NCBI RefSeq assembly: GCF_009914755.1
Contig: NC_060932.1
Strand: one strand, 5' to 3'
Source of the DNA: the human T2T-CHM13v2.0 reference genome, Homo sapiens
Length of the DNA: 64,000 nt
Shown: positions 1-8,447 of the stretch, piece by piece
How positions within the stretch are numbered: the first letter of the stretch is position 1
Layout: each line of letters begins with the position of its first letter
Position numbers and translations under genes: made by a program
The notes under the pieces: generated by a model
Told to the model about the DNA's origin: nothing
Database searches by the model: none
The model's input: only the letters and a program-made list of their open reading frames with translations

Positions 1-523
1 CCTGCCTGTCTCTTCTCGTCCAAGGAACATGGATCCTAAGTCGTGCAGGTGCGGATGACCATGGGCAGAATTAGGGGCCGTGGCACAAAAGTTCACCGAC
101 ACGGGAGTTCCACAGAAGGTGCGGTGGATCTTCGCAAATCCAGAGACATGGCAATGGGACCCAGGGAATTAGAGCCTCACAGGCGTCCGGGAGACTTTTC
201 AGGCATAATGCCTGGAGTCGCAAGACGAGCTGAAAAAGGAGCCAGGCACTGAAGGACAAAGCGTTGTTGACTTTCCTCATCTGTGTTTCCCAGTGCGGTC
301 CAATTCACGGTGGTTTCCAAGCGCCTCCTGGGGGAGAAAACACATGAGGGTGCGGTCAGGGTTCTCTGCTGACAGACTTACCTTGGGGAAGAAAGAGAAG
401 CTCTGAAGATGGATCATGGCCGTGACTGCATGTCAAGGAGAGTCTCCTTGATGACACTGAGGCCTACGTCGAGATAGACAAAATGTGGTCCAATTAAAAG
501 GTGTCTATTTTACCACATTTTTT

Positions 524-543
524 AAAACAAAACAAAACAAAAC
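524..543 (+). repeat. (AAAAC)4 microsatellite; five repeats in unit 4
   Basis: Read directly. The extra repeat near 23462-23486 explains the +5 shift in unit 4. Confidence 0.9.
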
Positions 544-711
544 AACAAAAAAGATGGAAAAGAAGACAGGGGTACAGGCACCAGTGTTACATGTCTGACG
601 GGGAACATCTATTGTTCAAAGCTTGCAGCTGTACAAGTAGGTTTTAGAATGTCTGTCAGCAGTGGACATGATCTTAGAGTGGGCTGTGCAGATAGACCTT
701 TCCAGGTCATG

Positions 712-801
712 TAATTGGATTAAGTTAATTGCAATTAAGGTACAGGTAACTGATTAGGTTAGGGTACGTTCCATGTCAGGTGACCAGAGGCAGTATAAAA
801 G
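712..801 (+). promoter_or_regulatory. FAM90A promoter, unit 1: homeodomain sites, DUX4-type motif and TATA box
   Basis: TAATTGGATTA 712-722; palindrome TTAATTGCAATTAA 725-738; TGATTAGGTTA 751-761 (TAACCTAATCA on the minus strand); TATAAAAG 794-801. Confidence 0.7.
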
Positions 802-821
802 GCAGCCTGGAAAGCGGAGGT

Positions 822-936
822 CCCTCTCTGCCCCTTCCTCCGTCGTCCTGGATGCTGCATCGCTTCCAGCCGGGCTGCTGCAGCACCTGCCCATCTCAGC
901 GCCAGCCTGGGAAAGAACGTAGACGTGTAATTTCAG
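822..936 (+). other. Putative non-coding first exon of FAM90A (start approximate; same in all units)
   Basis: Begins about 25-30 nt after the TATA box and ends at a donor CAG|GTTAGT (936/937). A matching acceptor TTTCAG| lies at 1896/1897, upstream of the ATG at 1953. Confidence 0.5.
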
Positions 937-1952
937 GTTAGTTTCGCTGAACAATTGTTTGTTTCACGCAATCCTTGAGGGGTATTTGCGGGGGGTGTGG
1001 GGGAGGAAGAGACAAAGGAGGCCGAAAGAAACCGATCACACTGGGGCTTGCTGGTGGGGTAGGATGTGTTCTCGTTACTAGTAATTCTTGGAACAGAAAA
1101 CGAGAAAACATATCCGTCTCCACGTGTGGGAGAAGACCAAGATGGGAATGCGAAAAGAAATGTACTGCAGCATGCTGAATTGATGGGTAAATGGAAAAAG
1201 GACTTTGGAAAAAAGGGGGGTTTGCCCTTCAGCCGTGTAAGACGTCGATACGATACGGCACTTCTTCCCCGTTTGTTCAGATGAATTCGTGTGGTGTGCG
1301 TAAAATACCAGGAAAATAAATAAAGAGGGGCTGGAGCTAAAGCCAAAAGATAGAACAGGAAAGACCATCACCTGCTAGTGCGGTAGAGAGGAAGGTAACT
1401 TCTCTGTATGAATTTGTGTTTGGAAGTTGCCTAATGAAATGGCAAGAGTAGCGATTCAAGTTGTCACAGGAAGCATCCCTTATCCGTGACTTCAAGCAGA
1501 CCTGCCAAAGGGTGGCACACGCCATGCCCTGTGTCTTCGATCATTCTGTCCGTCAAGGGAGATAGAATCACCGTGTCTTCTACCGGAGTGAATCGTGAGA
1601 GACCTAAGTCCAGTCTCCAGAATCAGTTGTTTGTTTGGGGTTGAAAGCTCAACCCCCCATACCTAGGCCACGGGCCCTGTGGCAGGTGGGGTTTACTCTT
1701 GGACTAGGTAGTCATGGCAGAGGAACACACAATATCCGAGGATGCGCACAGCACATTGTGTTCTACAGATTTGACCGACTGGTGGTGAGGTCTCCTCATG
1801 ACCACACAGGCAGGGAGTTAGCAGGTGGCTTCCTGTGGGTGTGTGAATATCCAACGTGCTTAACCATCGACATGTGTGTGTTTGTGTGTGTTTCAGGTGG
1901 CCCAACAGTCCACCCCTGAAAAAGGCGGTCATAAAACCCCCAGGAGACGAAG

Positions 1953-4900
1953 ATGATGGCACGTCGGGACCCCAAATCTTGGGCCAAGAGACTGGTGAGA
2001 GCCCAGACCCTCCAGAAGCAGCGGAGGGCCCCAGTTGGGCCAAGGGCTCCCCCGCCCGATGAAGAAGATCCCAGGGTAAGTCTAGCCCTGGATCTCTTGG
2101 GTATCGGGGTGGGGGTGGGGACGGGGGGAGGGGGTGTCCCACGGTCCTCAGAGACTGGGTTGGATTCCAAAGAGTTCTGTCACCACCAGCCAGGTTGCTT
2201 TTCCCATCCAAGGTGGGCGTGGCTTGGGACCTTCTCCCCGGCCCGATAGGTCCCTTGAGAGACTCTTGGGGGCAACCTCCCTTTCTACTTAGAGTCCTGT
2301 GTAGCCACGTTTGGCTGCGTTGTTGACATCGGCTTCACCATCGTGCCCCTTGGAACCTTGAGTCCTTCCTTTCAGAGTTCCTCCGTCACATGGGCTTTGC
2401 GAGGGAACATCGTATCCGAAGTCTCCCAGCACTTAACGGCCCCCATGCCGGTGTCCCCTCTTTGGAATCCTTATTCAGCTCTGAATTCACAATCCGTCCC
2501 AATGTTGACGTGGGATCGCTGCCTGTGGCTTCAGCTCACTCACTGACATCACTTCCTTTCCACCCACAGCTCAAGTGCAAAAACTGCGGGGCCTTTGGCC
2601 ACACGGCCAGAAGTACCAGGTGCCCCATGAAGTGCTGGAAGGCAGCCCTGGTTCCAGCGACCTTGGGGAAAAAGGAAGGGAAGGAAAACCTGAAACCATG
2701 GAAGCCCCGGGCTGAAGCCAACCCGGGGCCCTTGAACAAGGATAAGGGAGAGAAGGAAGAGAGACCAAGGTGAGCAGTGGGAGGGGTTTTCACCACTCTT
2801 AGGGTACTGCCTCCTAAGGACATGGTGTCTCTGCACCTGCACACCGTGTGCCTTTCCGTCTCCGGGCCAGGGAAGGAACGCTGCAGAGAAATAGGCCGGA
2901 GCTCCGTGTCCTCCGGGGTTCCACACCCAGGAGCTCCTTGGGCTCTGGGAGATTCAGGGACGGGGAGAGGCGGGGGCGCTTCGTGCAGGTTCCCCACGAC
3001 AGCGGGAAAAGCGATGGAATCCAAATCACAGTCCTTAGTTGGGAAGCCTAGAGGGCCACCTGGAGGATGGGAAGGTTGGCACGTGAGGGAAGGTGCAGAG
3101 GCGGAAAGGGCACCAGATGTCCATTTCTGTATCACAAAACACGGAATGGGGCTGGGCCCCAGACGGGGTTCTCCCTGTCTCCTGGGGAAAACCAGGGGGC
3201 ACGGCCTGACCTTCTTCTGTTCTGCAGGCAACAAGACCCGCAGAGGAAGGCTCTCCTCCACATGTTTTCCGGGAAACCTCCAGTGAAGCCGCTGCCGAAT
3301 GGAAAAGGATCCACGGAATCTTCTGATTATCTGAGGGCGAGTGTCACCCCGGGCCCCTGGTCTTTTTCTCCTCTAGGTCACCCTGGTTGATTTCCTTTCA
3401 GCTTCCCGTCTGCGGGAGGAAATCGGGGAACCCCTCTTTCTTGCCTTCTTGGGGTCAGGGACTCCACGATCCTTCCAGGTCAATTGGATTCCAGGCGAAG
3501 GCATCTGAACATGCCGTATTTCCTGTTGCTTTCTTTCTGTCCAATTATGGCAAGCCTGCCAACAACACGTTCCTAGCGGCATGAGGAAATTAGTCCCTCA
3601 GAGGCCCCAAACGTGGAGAAGGCGAAACCCAGGAACATGCATGTGTTCAGAGAAGACGTCCCGAGTACCCTTGAGCCAGCAACCTGCCTTGGGAAGGGCA
3701 TTAGTCCGTTCCACTTCATGGAAGGCTGAGTGGAGGCGCTTTGATCCAGTTAATGCCCAAGACGCGATCTTTTGAACAATGGTGTGCTTAGATCAGCTAC
3801 ACATAGCTCGAGAGCGCATCTTTCATGTGTCTTGTCCTGATCAGCACTCAGGTGGAGGGTCTGTCCCTACTTCCAAGGACCGCCTGTCGATACTGTACTA
3901 AGAATTTCATGGCGTGTGCACCTTGTCTTTGGATGTGCTTGATTTTCACGTTGGCTCCATGCTGAGGAACTTCTAACCTGTGTTGTTTCCTCTCTTTCAG
4001 GTTGCAAGCGGGCCAATGCCGGTCCACACAACCAGTAAGAGGCCGCGCTTGGACCCTGTCCTCGCTGATCGCTCCGCAACCGAAATGTCTGGCAGGGGCT
4101 CCGTCTTGGCTTCACTGTCTCCCCTCAGAAAAGCCAGCCTGAGCTCCTCCTCAAGTCTTGGACCAAAGGAAAGACAGACTGGGGCTGCGGCCGACATGCC
4201 TCAGCCTGCAGTCAGGCACCAGGGCCGCGAGCCTCTCCTCGTGGTGAAGCCGACACACAGCCGCCCCGAGGGTGGCTGCCGAGAAGTTCCCCAGGCTGCC
4301 TCCAAAACCCACGGCCTGCTCCAGGCCTCCAGACCCCAGGCACAAGACAAACGTCCTGCGGTGACCCCACAGCCCTGCCCGCCAGCCGCCACACACAGCT
4401 TGGGCCTAGGCTCCAATCTCAGCTTCGGGCCAGGAGCCAAGAGACCTGCCCAGGCTCCGATTCAGGCTTGCCTGAACTTCCCCAAGAAACCGAGACTGGG
4501 TCCCTTCCAGATCCCCGAAAGCGCCATCCAGGGAGGTGAGCTGGGGGCCCCGGAGAATCTCCAACCTCCGCCAGCCGCAACCGAACTTGGACCAAGTACG
4601 TCGCCCCAGATGGGCAGGAGGACACCGGCCCAGGTGCCCAGCGTCGACCGGCAGCCTCCGCACAGCAGACCTTGCCTGCCTACTGCCCAGGCCTGCACCA
4701 TGTCCCATCACTCAGCGGCCGGCCATGATGGGGCCCAGCCTCTCAGAGTGCTCTTCCGGAGACTGGAAAACGGACGCTGGAGCTCCAGCCTCCTGGCGGC
4801 CCCCTCATTTCACTCTCCTGAGAAGCCGGGAGCCTTTCTCGCTCAGAGCCCTCATGTGTCAGAGAAGTCTGAGGCTCCCTGTGTTCGTGTCCCACCGAGC

Positions 4901-4963
4901 GTCCTCTATGAGGACCTTCAGGTTTCCTCCTCCTCAGAGGACAGCGATTCTGACCTGGAGTGA
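1953..4963 (+). CDS. FAM90A: FAM90A family protein, copy 1, 464 aa; exons 1953-2075, 2570-2769, 3228-3336, 4001-4963
   Basis: Spliced frame MMARRDPKSW...LKCKNCGAFGHTARSTRCP...LYEDLQVSSSSEDSDSDLE is the recognisable FAM90A sequence. Donors GTAAGT, GTGAGC and GCGAGT; pyrimidine-tract CAG acceptors; phases consistent (41+67+36+320 aa). Paralogue number cannot be assigned. Confidence 0.93.
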
Positions 4964-5503
4964 GACTGCAGGTGGCAGGGGCTCCTTGGCCTCCAGTTCC
5001 CGTGACTTGGAGGGGACTGTGGGACTGAGGAGCGCAGAGCAGAGAGCACACTCTGTGCGGTGACTCCGAAGCTCCCCGGCTGTGGCGCTTCTGTGGATGT
5101 GGGAGCCCAGGCCAGGCAGGGAGCAGATGCAGGGACTCTGCCTCATTGAATTCTGGTGAGGGACGTTGTAGTTGGCGTGGTTCTCCCGAAACGCGCCAGG
5201 AAAAGCTTCCGTGCCAGAGATTCGTTGCCTCAGAAACTGCGTGACGCGCAGGAGTCAGACTTCCGCTGGGACGTCAATAGGAAACTGGGGAATTACTGTG
5301 TATTTGCTGTCTAGATGACTGAATAAGGGAAAAGTTAGGGAACCCTGAGAGGTGCAGCCCTTCCGCTGTGCCCCGCCCTGAGAGCAGTGTTTCGGACGCT
5401 GGGAAGCGTGCTGTGCGAAGCGCTCTCGGGGTCTTTCCTCAGCCTCGAAAACTGGGCTCTGGAATGCCTTTGTACATATGTGTGTTTAATGTGTTTTGAA
5501 GTG

Positions 5504-5509
5504 AATAAA
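5504..5509 (+). terminator. FAM90A polyadenylation signal (also at 13150, 20796, 28446, 36092, 43737, 51383, 59030)
   Basis: AATAAA about 540 nt after the stop codon, followed by a GT/T-rich downstream element. Confidence 0.75.
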
Positions 5510-5577
5510 ATTCTCAAAAAGATGACATATTGTCTTTTGACTCTCATTCCGTGTTTGTGTGTAACTGATTTTCCAAG

Positions 5578-6609
5578 TGAAGGGGTGGCCTGCCCCTCCA
5601 CACCTGTGGGTGTTTCTAGTCGGGTGGGATGAGAGACGGAGAAAAGAAATAAGACACAGAGACAAAGTATAGGGAGACAACAGTGGGTCCAGGGGACAGG
5701 CACTCAGCACACCTAGGACCTGCACCGGCACCGGCCTCTGAGTTCCCTCAGTTTTTATTGATTATGATTTTCATTATTTCAGCACAAAGGAATGCAGTAG
5801 GGGAGCAGGGTGATAATAAGGGGAAGGTCAACAACAACAACAAAAAACAAACACGTGAGCAAAAGAATCCATATCATTATTAAGTTCAAGGGAAGGTACT
5901 ATGCCTGGACGTGCACGTAGGCCAGATTTATGTTTCTCTCCACACAAATATCTCAGCGGAGTAAAGAAAGCAAGGCAGCATTACTGCCAACATGTCTCAC
6001 CTCCCGCCACAGGGCAGCTTTTCTCCGAGCTCAGAGTTGAACAAATGTACGATCGGGCTTTACACCGAGACATTCAGTTCCCAGGGGCAAGCAGGAGACA
6101 GTGGCCTTCCTCCATCTGAACTGCAAGAGGCGTTCCTCTTTGACTAATCCACCTCAGCACAGACCCATTGCAGGTGTCAGGCTGGGGGACATTCAGGACT
6201 TTCCCATCCCACGAGGCCATATTTCAGACTGTCACATGGGGAGAAACCTTGGACAATACCCTGCTTTCAAGGGCAGAGGTCCCTGTGGCTTTCCACGGTA
6301 CATTGCGCCCCTGGTTTATTGAGACTAGAGAATGGCAATGACTTCTACCAAGTATACTGCTCGTAAACATTTGGTTAACAAGGCGCGTCCTGCACAGCCC
6401 TAGATCCCTTAAACCTCGATTTTATACAACACAGGTTTTTGTGAGCTCCAAGTTGGGTCAAAGGAAGGGGCTGCGGCAAAGCTACAAATGATCAACATCT
6501 CAGTAAAGCAATTGTTTAAAGTACAGGTCTTTTTCAAAATGGAGTCTCTTATGTCTTCCCCTTCTACATAGACACAGTGACAGTCTGATCTCTCTTTCTT
6601 TACCCTACA
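5578..6609 (-). mobile_element. Solo HERV-K LTR (LTR5A-like), unit 1
   Basis: Minus strand begins TGTAGGGTAAAGAAAGAGAGATCAGACTGTCACTGTGTCTATGTAG and ends GGCAGGCCACCCCTTCA (TG...CA, LTR5-type ends). Length 1032 bp; exact 6-bp TSD TCCAAG at 5572-5577 and 6610-6615; AATAAA at 5759-5754. Confidence 0.9.
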
Positions 6610-8357
6610 TCCAAGGGCTTGAACATTTCTTGACTTGTTGGCAATCCAAATCGTTACGTCTCCGAAACAGAGTTGACTGAGGGGACCGCAGGGCTGGGCA
6701 GGACCTTTGACTTCCTATACATCCACAGGAGCAAGAAAACCTCAGCCCCACTCTACCAACACGCACCTAGTAAAATTCCGCCAACCGAATCTCACGCACG
6801 CTAACACGTGGGGAGCGTTGCTTGCACCACGAGTCCCCATTTGGCTCAACCGCCGATGCCAAGTGTGTGGTTCCAGTTGCGACGGCCCCCCGTGAAGTGG
6901 CTTCCGGATGTGCGAAGGAACCAGGCAGAGTTTCACTGGCCAAATAGACCCCAGCAAAGCTGAAGTTAACTCCCACATTTGGGATGTACTTCAGAGGTAA
7001 AACATTCATCCCGTCTTCTTTCCGGATGTCTGACACCATGGTTCTCCCCCTGATCCTAAGAGTAGCTGAGGCAGAGACTCACTAAAAGATCTAGGCGGGG
7101 ATATCCCATCATGCACAGGCTCTCTCCATTCTCTGACCTGGGACCAACTCTCAGTAGGATTCCACATCTAGGAGGCCTCGGAACTCAGCGGGATTTTCTG
7201 AGACACACCAACTGGCTGCTCCCTCTCCGCCGCTGTTGAGGGTCGTTATCTTGATTATCCAGATCAACTAGAAAGTATCCGTATCCAGAATGAATAAGAT
7301 CAACTCTCTGCTCCTCTGACAGCAGAAGGAGCAGGACCGTAAGGAACCAAAGAGCGTGGAAGGAAACGATGTGACAGGAAAGCTCAGAGAACGGCCACAG
7401 GGGGTCTTCAGCAGGCCTTCCAACCTGAATCATGAATAATTAATGAAGCGCAAATCAAAGGGGACTCGAGTTTCAGCAGGAGCAATTCATCCAACGGGAG
7501 ATCGCCGGAGGGCCAACAAGATTGAGTGACTGGGAGCCGGGTGCAGTGTCAAAGGGGACGCGACTGGTTCCAAAGCTCGAGAAGACCATGGGGTCACTTG
7601 GGCTACATGAGAAAACGCCCCAGTGTGCTGGTTCATCATTCCGACTCCTGCCTGTCTCTTCCCGTCCAAGGAACATGGACCCTAAGTCGTGCAGGTGCGG
7701 ATGACCATGGGCAGAATTAGGGGCCGTGGCACAAAAGTTCACCGACACGGGAGTTCCACAGAAGGTGCGGTGGATCTTCGCAAATCCAGAGACATGGCAA
7801 TGGGACCCAGGGAATTAGAGCCTCACAGGCGTCCGGGAGACTTTTCAGGCATAATGCCTGGAGTCGCAAGACGAGCTGAAAAAGGAGCCAGGCACTGAAG
7901 GACAAAGCGTTGTTGACTTTCCTCATCTGTGTTTCCCAGTGCGGTCCAATTCACGGTGGTTTCCAAGCGCCTCCTGGGGGAGAAAACACATGAGGGTGCG
8001 GTCAGGGTTCTCTGCTGACAGACTTACCTTGGGGAAGAAAGAGAAGCTCTGAAGATGGATCATGGCCGTGACTGCATGTCAAGGAGAGTCTCCTTGATGA
8101 CACTGAGGCCTACGTCGAGATAGACAAAATGTGGTCCAATTAAAAGGTGTCTATTTTACCACATTTTTTAAAACAAAACAAAACAAAACAACAAAAAAGA
8201 TGGAAAAGAAGACAGGGGTACAGGCACCAGTGTTACATGTCTGACGGGGAACATCTATTGTTCAAAGCTTGCAGCTGTACAAGTAGGTTTTAGAATGTCT
8301 GTCAGCAGTGGACATGATCTTAGAGTGGGCTGTGCAGATAGACCTTTCCAGGTCATG

Positions 8358-8447
8358 TAATTGGATTAAGTTAATTGCAATTAAGGTACAGGTAACTGAT
8401 TAGGTTAGGGTACGTTCCATGTCAGGTGACCAGAGGCAGTATAAAAG
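8358..8447 (+). promoter_or_regulatory. FAM90A promoter, unit 2
   Basis: Same motif cluster as 712-801. Confidence 0.7.

Noticed and set aside
3980-4963. 327-aa ORF as a stand-alone gene
   Set aside because: It starts at GTG inside the polypyrimidine tract; it is FAM90A exon 4 (acceptor at 4000/4001).
7392-7406. CTCF-like sequence CGGCCACAGGGGGTC
   Set aside because: Spacing and core positions deviate from the CCAC-N-AGRKGGC consensus; not supportable without a PWM score or ChIP data.
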